From positions 448,001 through 512,000 of the forward strand of contig OY764265.1 in the NCBI GenBank assembly GCA_963668355.1: DNA of 64,000 bases, in the 5' to 3' direction. The notes below the pieces were generated by a model. It did not search any database and was not told the origin of the DNA. It saw nothing but the letters and a program-made list of their open reading frames with translations. A program made the position numbers and the translations under genes. How positions within the stretch are numbered: the first letter of the stretch is position 1; each line of letters opens with the position of its first letter. Source of the stretch: Bdellovibrionota bacterium (GTDB lineage: Bacteria > Bdellovibrionota_G > JALEGL01 > DATDPG01). Of this stretch, positions 46,006 to 55,622 are shown piece after piece.

Positions 46006-47223
46006 ATGCCGGTTTATGAATACAAAGCCGTCAATTCGGCAGGGAAAAACATCAAAGGTGTGATTGACGCTCCCAACCCATCTGAAGCGAGAGGACGATT
46101 GCGAAAAGATGGTGTTTTCCTTACAGAAATTGCGGAGTCTCAAGCGGAAAGCGGGGAAACGGCTCCGGGAAATATTCGTTTTTCGCGCGGGGTTTCCACA
46201 CAGGACATTTCCATCATGACGCGACAACTCGCGACTCTCGTAGGTTCTGGAATTCCCATTGCCGAATCTCTCAAAGCTCTGGTGGATCAAGTTGAAAACT
46301 TGCGACTCAAAGGGGCTTTGTCCGATGTTCGAGAGCGTGTCACAGAAGGTATGAATCTGGCCGATGCCATGAGCAAACATCCGAAAGTTTTTTCTCCTTT
46401 GTTTGTAAACATGATTCGTGCCGGTGAAGTTTCGGGTGCCTTGGAAATTGTTTTGAATCGCTTAGCCGATTACACAGAGAACCAAAGTCGCCTTAAAGGA
46501 AAGATCGGTTCTACGATGGCGTACCCGGCCATTATGTTGGTCATCGGGGCGGCAGCTTTGGTCATTATTTTCACCTTTGTCATTCCCAAACTCGTAAAGC
46601 TCTATGAAGATTTGGGTCAAGCCCTCCCCCTGCCCACACAAATTCTCATTGGCATCAGCCGTTTCATTACGGGCTATTGGTGGCTTTTGATTTTTCTCGT
46701 CGTGATCTCCATCTTTGGATTTCGGGCCTTTATTAAAAGCAAAAAAGGCCGAAAAGTCTGGCATCGATTCCTTTTGAAGATGCCCATTTTTGGTTCTCTA
46801 TTTCAAATGGTCGCGGTAAGTCGATTCGCCAACACACTTTCGACTCTGCTGGCCAGTGGTGTTCCCATTTTGTTGGCGATGGACATTGTCAAAAATGTCG
46901 TCAACAACGTCATTCTTTCCGAAGTCATTGAAAATGTACGTACGAATGTTTCGGAAGGTGACAGCATTGCAGAACCTCTTCGCCGTTCAGGCGAATTTCC
47001 CCCATTGATCACACACATGATCGCCATTGGAGAAAAGACCGGTGAGGTCGAGGCCATGCTTTCAAAAGCTTCGGAGACCTATGACAATCAAATTGATGCC
47101 AAGGTCTCCACGCTGACCTCGTTAATCGAACCCATCATGATCGTGATCATGGCTGTGGTTGTTGGCTTTATCGTGTTCAGTGTCATGTTACCCATTTTCC
47201 AAATGAACCAAGGAATCACGTAG
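46006..47223 (+). CDS. gspF: Type II secretion inner membrane protein GspF
   Basis: RQLATLV.SG, AGEVSG.L, YP, GEKTG, LIEP. Confidence 0.96.
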   Translation: MPVYEYKAVNSAGKNIKGVIDAPNPSEARGRLRKDGVFLTEIAESQAESGETAPGNIRFSRGVSTQDISIMTRQLATLVGSGIPIAESLKALVDQVENLRLKGALSDVRERVTEGMNLADAMSKHPKVFSPLFVNMIRAGEVSGALEIVLNRLADYTENQSRLKGKIGSTMAYPAIMLVIGAAALVIIFTFVIPKLVKLYEDLGQALPLPTQILIGISRFITGYWWLLIFLVVISIFGFRAFIKSKKGRKVWHRFLLKMPIFGSLFQMVAVSRFANTLSTLLASGVPILLAMDIVKNVVNNVILSEVIENVRTNVSEGDSIAEPLRRSGEFPPLITHMIAIGEKTGEVEAMLSKASETYDNQIDAKVSTLTSLIEPIMIVIMAVVVGFIVFSVMLPIFQMNQGIT

Positions 47224-47232
47224 GAGGAAAAA

Positions 47233-47700
47233 ATGCGCAAGATTCGTCGAAATATGTTTAACGAAATGATCCGTCGAAGCTCCGGCTTCACACTGGTCGA
47301 GCTCATTGCCGTCATGATCATCATGGGCCTGTTAGGTGGAGTTGTGACCATCGGGATCAATGCTCAAGTTCAAAAAGCCAAGAAGAGAACCGCCATGACA
47401 CAAATTTCACAATTTGGTCAGGCGATTTCGACATTCCACTTAGATTGTGGATTCTACCCGCTTTCTTTGATGAGTCTCATCAATGCCCCGAGTTCGGGAC
47501 GTCGATGCAAGGGCTACACAGAGGGTGGATACTTGAACAAACAAGAGATCCCAACCGATCCTTGGAACAATAATTACAATTATGCGGCTCCCGGACTACA
47601 TAATCCGAGTTCCTATGACCTCTGGTCCAATGGCCCTGACGGAGAAGAAGGCACCTCTGACGACATCGTCAGTTGGGCTTCGGAGGCTGAGGAAGAATAA
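47233..47700 (+). CDS. gspG: Major pseudopilin GspG
   Basis: G|FTLVE prepilin site, DPWNNNY, SNGPDG...DDI. Confidence 0.93.
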   Translation: MRKIRRNMFNEMIRRSSGFTLVELIAVMIIMGLLGGVVTIGINAQVQKAKKRTAMTQISQFGQAISTFHLDCGFYPLSLMSLINAPSSGRRCKGYTEGGYLNKQEIPTDPWNNNYNYAAPGLHNPSSYDLWSNGPDGEEGTSDDIVSWASEAEEE

Positions 47701-47705
47701 ACTTC

Positions 47706-48332
47706 ATGTGTCGACGCTCCAAAGGCTTCACCCTCATCGAGTTGATGTTTGTGCTGGTCCTCTTGGGAATTTTGTTCCGGTTTACCGTTCCCAAGGCTTC
47801 CAACTTGCTTCGCATTAACTTACGAAGTGCTGCGACGGAAGTCAGTGGATACTTGCGAGGGGCTTATGAGCAATCGATCATGCGACACGACCGGATCCGC
47901 GTTCGATTTGACTTGCAAAGCGGCCGATACTGGGCGGAAACCCATCGCCCCATGGAAACCATTCCTCTGCTCACCGCCGATACCGACCTTCCAAAAGCAT
48001 TTCAAGCCTTGAAGAAACGCGCGGAGAAAGAGGAACCCACGGAAGAGGAGCGATTGGAAAAACGTGCGGCTCAATATGAGCGCGTTCGAGAAGGAGCCTT
48101 GAAGACAGCCAAGCTCCCCGACAATATTCGCTTCCGAGGTGTTTACGTTTCGGGAACGGAGAAAACGATTACGGAAGGGGCTCCCTGGGTCGAATTCTCC
48201 CCTGGAGGATTTACACCCAAGGCCGTGATCTATGTCACCAACGACATGGAAGAGCAGTACAGCATCATACTCAAATCCATGAATGGACGACCGAAGGTGG
48301 AAAAGGGAGAAGTGAGGCCCGATGATGTTTAA
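47706..48332 (+). CDS. gspH: Minor pseudopilin (GspH-like)
   Basis: G|FTLIE prepilin motif; position after gspG. Confidence 0.75.
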   Translation: MCRRSKGFTLIELMFVLVLLGILFRFTVPKASNLLRINLRSAATEVSGYLRGAYEQSIMRHDRIRVRFDLQSGRYWAETHRPMETIPLLTADTDLPKAFQALKKRAEKEEPTEEERLEKRAAQYERVREGALKTAKLPDNIRFRGVYVSGTEKTITEGAPWVEFSPGGFTPKAVIYVTNDMEEQYSIILKSMNGRPKVEKGEVRPDDV

Positions 48333-48969
48333 GCCTTCCCACATAAATCGCGTCGCGATTTCTTTTGTTTTTTTCAGGGGACACGCAACAAGTGCATGTC
48401 CCCCCAAAAACAAAAGTGGGTTTTCGTTTATCGAAGTTATTGCGGCCTTAGTCATTCTTTCGATTTCTCTGGTGGTTCTCTTGGATAGCCAAGGACGCTC
48501 CATGGATTTGGTGGGTAAGGCAAGATCTCTGGAAACCGCTGTGGGATTGGCTTCAACAAAAATCACGGAGCTTTCCCAGGAAGCAGAGAACCGAGGGGTC
48601 GAAAGTTTACGGGAAGATGAGCGTGGGGATTTCGATCAAGAAAAATATCCCACATATCGTTGGCATTATTGGATTCGACCAGTGCCGGAACCCGATTTTA
48701 AATCTCTCTTTTCCACGGCGACCGGAATCGCAGGCGAGGAAAACGAAACCGAAAACACGAATGCAGAACTTTTTGCCGGACCTCTTCAAAAAGTCCAAGA
48801 GGCTTGGGGAGATTCCATCAAAGAGTTACATGTTGAAGTTTCTTGGGGAAATGAACAAAAACCAAAAACGTATGAATTGGTGACTCACCTTTTGGTTCCC
48901 AGCGCCATGAATCAAATTTCTCAACTGGTAAACTCGTTTTCCTCTTTGGGAGGGGGAAGCTCACAATGA
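48322..48969 (+). CDS. gspI: Minor pseudopilin (GspI-like)
   Basis: G|FSFIEVIAAL prepilin motif, V.VSW; operon position. Start uncertain. Confidence 0.75.
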   Translation: MMFKPSHINRVAISFVFFRGHATSACPPKNKSGFSFIEVIAALVILSISLVVLLDSQGRSMDLVGKARSLETAVGLASTKITELSQEAENRGVESLREDERGDFDQEKYPTYRWHYWIRPVPEPDFKSLFSTATGIAGEENETENTNAELFAGPLQKVQEAWGDSIKELHVEVSWGNEQKPKTYELVTHLLVPSAMNQISQLVNSFSSLGGGSSQ

Positions 48970-49721
48970 AATCGAGGGGCTTCACAATCTTAGAGCTTCT
49001 CTTGGCGACGCTCGTTCTCTCCATCATTGGGACACTCACTTGGGGAGCCCTGTCGGCGACTTTTCGCACACAAAAAACCGTAAATGAGCGAACGGAAATT
49101 CAAGAAATGGGTACATCCATCATGATGAAACTTCGAGAAGACATTTCTCAGGCGTTTCATGTACGCGCAGCCAAAATGCTCACGTTTTTCCGAGGAGAAG
49201 ACAACTTCGACCAAGATCGCATTTCATTGACCTCACTCTCTCACACCCCCTCGGGACCGGACGTCCGAGAATCTGACCAGTGTGAGATCATTTATAAAAC
49301 GGAAAGCAATCCGGACGTTCAGGGGCTTTACTCTTTATTGCGTCGTGAGAATCCCGTTTTGGATGGAGAAATCGATGACGAGGAAGATTTCCTTACGATT
49401 TCCGACCGGGTGGTCCGTTTCAATCTTGAATATAAAAAAGATCGAGATTTTCGAAACGATTGGGACATTCGTGAAAGCGAACATTCCAACCAACTTCCTG
49501 AAGCCGTAAAAGTTACGCTCGTACTTCGAGATCATCGAGAACGAGACGAAGTCTTCGAAGCCCTCATTGATTTACCCATGGGAGAGACTCTTAGCCTGGA
49601 AAGCAGTGGAAACACGAACGCTTCCACCCCTCCCTCGTCTGGGTCCTCCTCAAACACAGGCCAAAGAAGATCCTCTCAGGGGGGACGAACCCAACCTCTT
49701 GGCAGAGGAGCCAACAACTGA
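48966..49721 (+). CDS. gspJ: Minor pseudopilin (GspJ-like)
   Basis: G|FTILE motif, LPEAVKVTL. Confidence 0.8.
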   Translation: MKSRGFTILELLLATLVLSIIGTLTWGALSATFRTQKTVNERTEIQEMGTSIMMKLREDISQAFHVRAAKMLTFFRGEDNFDQDRISLTSLSHTPSGPDVRESDQCEIIYKTESNPDVQGLYSLLRRENPVLDGEIDDEEDFLTISDRVVRFNLEYKKDRDFRNDWDIRESEHSNQLPEAVKVTLVLRDHRERDEVFEALIDLPMGETLSLESSGNTNASTPPSSGSSSNTGQRRSSQGGRTQPLGRGANN

Positions 49722-50887
49722 TGCGGACCTGGAAGAAAAAGCTTCAACAAGGCTCCATCGCCATGGTGATGGTCTTGGTCACGTTAGCTCTTGTCACTTC
49801 TGTGGTGTTAGAGGTCATGTCCTTTTCACAAGTTTCTGCCACGGTGGTTTCCAACCATCGAGATGCTGAAAAAGCCTATCAATTGGCCAGAGCCGCTGTG
49901 AGATGGTCGTTCTTTCGTCTCCAACTCGATTCTTCCTTGGACCGAATTCCAGCCATCCCCGGCACCAACTATGGCGGAAAGAAAGACGACTTGTCGGAGT
50001 TCCAATGGGCCGTCTCCATTCCCTACCCCTTTAACTTTGGCGTTCCCACTGAGGAAGAGGCCGTTTCCGAAACGTTCGCGCCCGAAGGCATCGACATTGG
50101 AGGTACCTTTACCTCCACGTTGTATGATGAGTCGGCCAAAATCAACATCAATGATGTCCTTTCAGCTGGAATTGCTGGAAGAAAGCAATGGTCAGCGGCC
50201 ACAGAGATTTTTGAAAACCTCCTGGTCTCCTTGCGTTTCCAGCCCTATTTCAAAAACAAAGACCACCGAGAACTTTTATGGGCCATTGATGATTGGACGG
50301 ACAGTGACAGTCAGGTCAACCATTTGGGGGGTGGCATTGAAGACATCGAATATCAGGATGAAAACAATTCAAATATTGGTGTAAAAAACGGCCCCTTTTA
50401 TTCGGTGGAAGAACTTCGCCTGCTCAAACCCATGAAGGAGGAGTTGTTCCAAGAACTCAAACCGTTCATCACCGTTTACCCTTTCAATGCACAGCTCCCG
50501 AGAATGTCCACGATGCTTCCCACCCCCCTGGGGAAAATCAATGTCAACACGGCTCCTCTGGAATTGATTGCGGCACTCTTTTCGCGTGCGGTCATGCCTG
50601 AAGAACAAAGTCGCCTGCAATGTGCACAAACTGTTGCGCAATACCGACAGAACATCGCTTTTCGGTCGAAGAATGAGTTCATTCGCGTGGTTCAAGAAAG
50701 CTGCAATGTGGGAGGCTCTCAAGCCAGTGCATTTTCTTCTGGGGTTAAGGGGATTCTTTCCGTTCGATCGGATTTGTTTTCGATAGAGGCTATTGGCATG
50801 GCTGGAAAAATGGAAAAAACCATCCATGCCGTAGTGTCTCGCCAGCGGGCCAATAAGCCCCAAATATTTTTCTGGAAGGTGATTTGA
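49721..50887 (+). CDS. gspK: Minor pseudopilin GspK
   Basis: G.IAM..VL without Glu5, DESAKININ, DWTDSD, KINVNTAP. Confidence 0.9.
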   Translation: MRTWKKKLQQGSIAMVMVLVTLALVTSVVLEVMSFSQVSATVVSNHRDAEKAYQLARAAVRWSFFRLQLDSSLDRIPAIPGTNYGGKKDDLSEFQWAVSIPYPFNFGVPTEEEAVSETFAPEGIDIGGTFTSTLYDESAKININDVLSAGIAGRKQWSAATEIFENLLVSLRFQPYFKNKDHRELLWAIDDWTDSDSQVNHLGGGIEDIEYQDENNSNIGVKNGPFYSVEELRLLKPMKEELFQELKPFITVYPFNAQLPRMSTMLPTPLGKINVNTAPLELIAALFSRAVMPEEQSRLQCAQTVAQYRQNIAFRSKNEFIRVVQESCNVGGSQASAFSSGVKGILSVRSDLFSIEAIGMAGKMEKTIHAVVSRQRANKPQIFFWKVI

Positions 50888-52548
50888 TGCCACAAAGATT
50901 ATTAGGGTTAGACATCGGTTCGTATTCTGTGAAGGGAGCGTTATATGACGTGACCTTCCGCACGCATGAACTCACCGATTTGTTTGAATCCACGCCTCTT
51001 CGCTTGGAAGAAGTGGATGACCAAGACCGAAGTGTGATCATTACGGAAGCCATTACCCGCTTAATTGAGGAGCATCACATTCAAGCCGCAGGAGTGGTGA
51101 CCGCCCTTCCCGGAACATCGGTTTCGACACGCATTCTTTCCCTTCCGCTTCAGGAGCGTCAGGTCGAAAAAGTATTGCCCTTTGAATTGGAATCGGTTCT
51201 TCCTTTCGCTCTCAACGACATCGTGGTGGACCATCACGCCATCCTCCCCGAAAAAACCCGAACTGTCTGCCTCGCTGCGGCCATTCAAAAATCATCCATC
51301 GCGGAGCATCTCGCCCTTCTCCGATCGGCCGAACTGGAACCTGCATTCGTCGGCCTGGATTCACTCTTCCTATACAATCTGAATCAACTGGAAAATGTGG
51401 ATGATGAGAAAGCCACGGCTTTTGTAGATGTCGGGCATGAAAAGACATCCATTTGCATCATCGCCGAAGGAAAACCTCGATATGTCCGAACACTTTTTTC
51501 TGCGGGATCCGTTTTCACAGAGGTCTTACGGGAAAAACTCGACCTTACTTGGGAACAAGCGGTTGAGGTTAAACACACCCACTCCATCCTTGAGTTACCG
51601 GATCAACCCTTGCGAAGCTCAGATTTACAGAAAGTTTCGACGGCGCTGAGGACTTGCGTAGATCCTCTGATCAAAGACATTCTGCAAACATTCCATGCGT
51701 ATCGTGGGCAATACACCAATTTTTCGATGAACGCCCCTCAAGTAGAAAAAATCATTCTATCCGGGGGCGGATCCCTCATTCGAAATTTTGCCGAACATCT
51801 CTCTCACCTCACCAAGTTGCCGGTTCAGCGAGTCCATATTTTCCCAGAGGGACACGAAGCCTCGGTCAAACTGGGAAAACGCGAACCTGTTTTTGCCCAA
51901 GCAGTGGCCTTGGGATTGCGCGCGGCATCGCGAGGGCCAAACGCCAATCGGATTGCCTCTCTGAACTTTCGAAAAGGCGAATTCGCTTTTGCGCGCGATT
52001 TGAGCGACATCAAAAACAAGGCCTTCTTCTTTGGCTCATGGGTTTTGGCGATTTTCATCGCGGCCCTCCTTCATGTGGGGTTTTCGTATCACAACCTCTC
52101 CCAAGAGCATGCTCAAGTCGATCAAAAGGCCATCAAAGCCTTTAAGGAGATTGTTCCCGATTTTAAACCAGCCCCTCGAAAGGCTTCAGAAGCTCTTCGT
52201 CTATTGAACGCGAAAATTGCAGAGTTTCGACGAAAACAAGAAATTCTCACTTCGGGCCTGAAAGACACAACCGCCCTAGGCATTCTCCGGGAGATTTCGA
52301 AACAAATTCCAGACTCCGTAGCGTTGGACACCCAAGAGCTTTCCATTGAGCGAAATAAAGTCACACTTCGTGCGCACGCAGATTCTTTTGCGGCCGTGGA
52401 CACCATCATTTCGGCTCTCAAAAAATATCCTTCATTCCAATCCATCACAAAAGGAGACATTCGTGAGGCCCCCGGGGGCAAGAAGTCCTTTCAGTTGGTG
52501 ATCACGATCGGAGATGAAGACAACGAACAACCCAGGAGACGACGATGA
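50887..52548 (+). CDS. gspL: GspL (PilM-like actin fold fused to PilN-like domain)
   Basis: GLDIGSYSVK, VDVGH, LSGGGS, ALGL, NFRKGEF then TM and periplasmic domain. Confidence 0.85.
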   Translation: MPQRLLGLDIGSYSVKGALYDVTFRTHELTDLFESTPLRLEEVDDQDRSVIITEAITRLIEEHHIQAAGVVTALPGTSVSTRILSLPLQERQVEKVLPFELESVLPFALNDIVVDHHAILPEKTRTVCLAAAIQKSSIAEHLALLRSAELEPAFVGLDSLFLYNLNQLENVDDEKATAFVDVGHEKTSICIIAEGKPRYVRTLFSAGSVFTEVLREKLDLTWEQAVEVKHTHSILELPDQPLRSSDLQKVSTALRTCVDPLIKDILQTFHAYRGQYTNFSMNAPQVEKIILSGGGSLIRNFAEHLSHLTKLPVQRVHIFPEGHEASVKLGKREPVFAQAVALGLRAASRGPNANRIASLNFRKGEFAFARDLSDIKNKAFFFGSWVLAIFIAALLHVGFSYHNLSQEHAQVDQKAIKAFKEIVPDFKPAPRKASEALRLLNAKIAEFRRKQEILTSGLKDTTALGILREISKQIPDSVALDTQELSIERNKVTLRAHADSFAAVDTIISALKKYPSFQSITKGDIREAPGGKKSFQLVITIGDEDNEQPRRRR

Positions 52549-53129
52549 AGATTTCAATGCAAAGCTGGAAAGAAGTCGTAGGACAATTGCATGTTCTTCG
52601 AACCTACTACGCCCGCCTTTCAGAGCGAGAGCGAATCATTGTGTTGGCATCAGTCGGAGCTGCCATCATCTTTGTCATGGCATTGATTTATTCGACCTTG
52701 CTGGCCACAACATCCCGCATGGAACGAAGAATTGAAAAGTCACGCGAGTACCTCACCCAGATTCACAAACTTCGGAAAGAATACCAAAAAACGGAAACGC
52801 AAATTCAACAGTTCGATCAAATGATTCAGCGAACCTCCTCCGGATTTCAACTGGGTACTCACTTGGAACGACTGGCTCAAAGAAATGGCGTCAGCATCGA
52901 CTCTCTCAAAGATCAGCCGGCCCCCAAGAACGAACTCTACAATGAAACACAAGTTTCAGTTTCTGTTCGGCAAGTTACACTTCGAACACTGATTGACCTC
53001 CTCCACGAGATTGAAAATTCACGTGAGTTATTGCGCATCACCTCCATACAAGTGAAGCCCAATTTTCAAGATCCCACGCAACTCAACGCAAAGTTTACGG
53101 TATCCACTTTTAGCCCGGTAAAAAGCTGA
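52545..53129 (+). CDS. gspM: Type II secretion protein GspM
   Basis: LSERER before a TM segment, coiled coil; operon position. Confidence 0.8.
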   Translation: MKISMQSWKEVVGQLHVLRTYYARLSERERIIVLASVGAAIIFVMALIYSTLLATTSRMERRIEKSREYLTQIHKLRKEYQKTETQIQQFDQMIQRTSSGFQLGTHLERLAQRNGVSIDSLKDQPAPKNELYNETQVSVSVRQVTLRTLIDLLHEIENSRELLRITSIQVKPNFQDPTQLNAKFTVSTFSPVKS

Positions 53130-54076
53130 TGAAATTCTTACCTTCCAAAAAAACGTTTCGAGCCTTTTCCAAGTATTTTCTCTTTGGATCCGCGGTGTTT
53201 GCCGTGGGCTTGGTCTGGAATTTTCCTTTGGAGAAAATCAGCCAGACGTTCACCCAACGTCTCGCAAAACAGACTGGATATGAATTCACTATGGACACAC
53301 TGGATCCGGCGCTTCCCATTGGTTTCAAGGCCACCGACTTTCAAGTGGAGGGTCTCCAAAAAGACCCGTTGGTTTTTTCCAATATGCGTCTGACGGTCTC
53401 TCCCCTTTCTCTTCTGACCTATCCCTTCAAAAAAAGTCTAAACGTGTCGTATGTGGCCGAAAAAAATAAGACCGAATGGACCGGGTCCATTGCGATGGGT
53501 CCGGAGCTTTTGGCGGGTGACATCAGCACAGAAGATTGGCGATTGAATGAGGAGTTCCCATTGGACAAAGCCAACCCGATGTTGGCGGGAATGTTCTTGA
53601 AGGCTAAGGCGCAAATTGCCGCAAATTCCGCATTGGAGGGAGAAACAAAAGCCATTCAAAAAGGCGATCTTTCCAAGGCCAACGGGGACTTTCATGTCAT
53701 TGCCACAAAAACGATTCTGGATGTTCCGATGCTGAAAAAAGATTTTCGCATGACCACAAAACAAATTCGCTTTGACAAAGTGGAAGCCAAAGGGACACTA
53801 AAAGAGGGTAAACTTACAATTGAATCCATTTCATTGATGGGTCCGGACATCACAGGTACCGCCAATGGGAAAATCACTTTGTCGCCTTACTTTCCACGGA
53901 GCCGCCTTGAACTCGAAGCCAAATTAAAACTTTCCGAAAAAGCAGCAGACATCCGCTCCTTGATCGATAGTTTTGGAAGTGCCTTAAACCTGCGTGTCAG
54001 CGACGACGGCACCATGGCCTTTAAAGTCACGGGGCCCGTAACACCCGTCGATCGATGGCGCGTTAGAGGATATTAG
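53129..54076 (+). CDS. gspN: Type II secretion protein GspN-like
   Basis: N-terminal TM then FP, beta-rich body; last gene of the operon. Confidence 0.7.
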   Translation: MKFLPSKKTFRAFSKYFLFGSAVFAVGLVWNFPLEKISQTFTQRLAKQTGYEFTMDTLDPALPIGFKATDFQVEGLQKDPLVFSNMRLTVSPLSLLTYPFKKSLNVSYVAEKNKTEWTGSIAMGPELLAGDISTEDWRLNEEFPLDKANPMLAGMFLKAKAQIAANSALEGETKAIQKGDLSKANGDFHVIATKTILDVPMLKKDFRMTTKQIRFDKVEAKGTLKEGKLTIESISLMGPDITGTANGKITLSPYFPRSRLELEAKLKLSEKAADIRSLIDSFGSALNLRVSDDGTMAFKVTGPVTPVDRWRVRGY

Positions 54077-55511
54077 AAGGTTGTTTTAAAAACTCGTCGA
54101 TTCCTTCAAAGAGGGTTTTGCGTTCTTTCTCTGAAGTAAAGGGATTTAACAGAACCGCACGTAACCATCTTCGATCACGATACAGAGGAAGAGATAAATA
54201 AATTTGTTTTTCCTGCAAAAGGAATTCTTGCAGACGACGATTGGCCTCATCCAATTGGACTTCGGAGAATTCATCCGACGCAAAACGAAACAAGAGAATA
54301 TTGATTTCTGGTTCGGTGGCCAATTCCAATTGAGGACGAGATTGAATCTCTTTGAGATATTCTTGTGTCAACTCAAGACTATGGTTCACAAGCTCAGCAC
54401 ACCCTTCAGAGCCAAAATGTTGTAGGGTCAACCATAGTTTCAGGACATCGACATGTCGTGTCCCCTGAACGCTGATCTCTCCGCGATTGACGGCCTCTCC
54501 ACCATCTTGCATGTACGGCAGCGAAATTCGAAAGAACTTCTCCAACATATTTCCATCTCGAAACAAAACCATGGCTGAAGATTTCGTTACATAGAGCCAT
54601 TTTTGAGGATTGAACGTGACAGAGTCCGCCATTTCGATGCCGTCCATTTTTTCGCGATGCTGCTCAGAAAACGTGAGGGCCCCTCCGTAGGCGGCATCCA
54701 CATGAAACCAAATATGGTGGTCTCGAGCGATGTTCCCAATGGCCCTTAAGGGATCGATATTTCCCGTGGAGGTCGTACCCACCATTCCCACAACCGCGAA
54801 GGGATGATCTCCCTGAACTTCGGCCCGCTCCACGGCCAATTGCAATTGTCCACAATCCAATTTGCCTTGTTTGTCTACGGGGATGGAAATCACCGAGTTC
54901 GTGCCCAATCCCAAGAGCATGGCAGCTTTTTGAATCGATGTGTGAGCCAATTCCGACGCAAAAATGACCGGTCGACGACGCGTTTCATAGAGTCCGTACT
55001 TGAACGTGCCGAGATATTTGTTCCGAGCCACGGCCAAAGCTTGAAGGTTGGCTAAGCTTCCTCCGCTGAGCATAACGCCCTTGCTCTGGGAAGGCAGACC
55101 CAGAAGACTCCCAATATGGGCGAGAAGACGATCTTCCAATTCCGTAAACACCGGCGATAATTCCCGGCTGAGCATATTGTTATTGAGCAATCCCGCTGAG
55201 AAATCCGCCGCGACCGAAATCGCACTCGGAAGCGAATCCATATGTGCCACATAGCCTGGATTCGCCATATTCGCGGACGCGTGAAGCATTTTTTGAAGTT
55301 CGGAAAGCAATTCCTCGGAACTTCGGCCTTGCTTCGGAGTTTCGATTTGAAAGCGCATCGAGGGGCCTTCCCGGAAAGGAGAACGTTCGGTCGCTTGCGA
55401 GCCAAAATTCAACAAAAGCTCAGAAACCCCCTCAAACAACCGCTCAATTTCCTCACGATTGCTTCCATCCGGGTGCAAAAAAGCGTTCTTGGGCAAGTTC
55501 TTCAATGTCAT
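54063..55511 (-). CDS. Group II PLP-dependent decarboxylase
   Basis: SGGSLAN, AHTSIQKAA, GTTSTGNIDP, HVDAAYGG, FNPQKW; start re-assigned to ATG 55511. Confidence 0.92.
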   Translation of the reverse strand: MTLKNLPKNAFLHPDGSNREEIERLFEGVSELLLNFGSQATERSPFREGPSMRFQIETPKQGRSSEELLSELQKMLHASANMANPGYVAHMDSLPSAISVAADFSAGLLNNNMLSRELSPVFTELEDRLLAHIGSLLGLPSQSKGVMLSGGSLANLQALAVARNKYLGTFKYGLYETRRRPVIFASELAHTSIQKAAMLLGLGTNSVISIPVDKQGKLDCGQLQLAVERAEVQGDHPFAVVGMVGTTSTGNIDPLRAIGNIARDHHIWFHVDAAYGGALTFSEQHREKMDGIEMADSVTFNPQKWLYVTKSSAMVLFRDGNMLEKFFRISLPYMQDGGEAVNRGEISVQGTRHVDVLKLWLTLQHFGSEGCAELVNHSLELTQEYLKEIQSRPQLELATEPEINILLFRFASDEFSEVQLDEANRRLQEFLLQEKQIYLSLPLYRDRRWLRAVLLNPFTSEKERKTLFEGIDEFLKQPSNIL

Positions 55512-55622
55512 AAAAAAACCCCCCATACTAAGAAGGCCTCCAGGAGGCAAGAAAGAGATGCACAATTTGGCATAACAAGCCAATATTGTTGAATTTTACA
55601 GTGCTCCGTCTATGCTAAAGAC

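Noticed and set aside
55568..55584. sigma54 box between the decarboxylase and PilZ genes (TTGGCATAACAAGCCAA)
   Set aside because: GG-to-GC spacing is wrong on both strands; only a short dyad.
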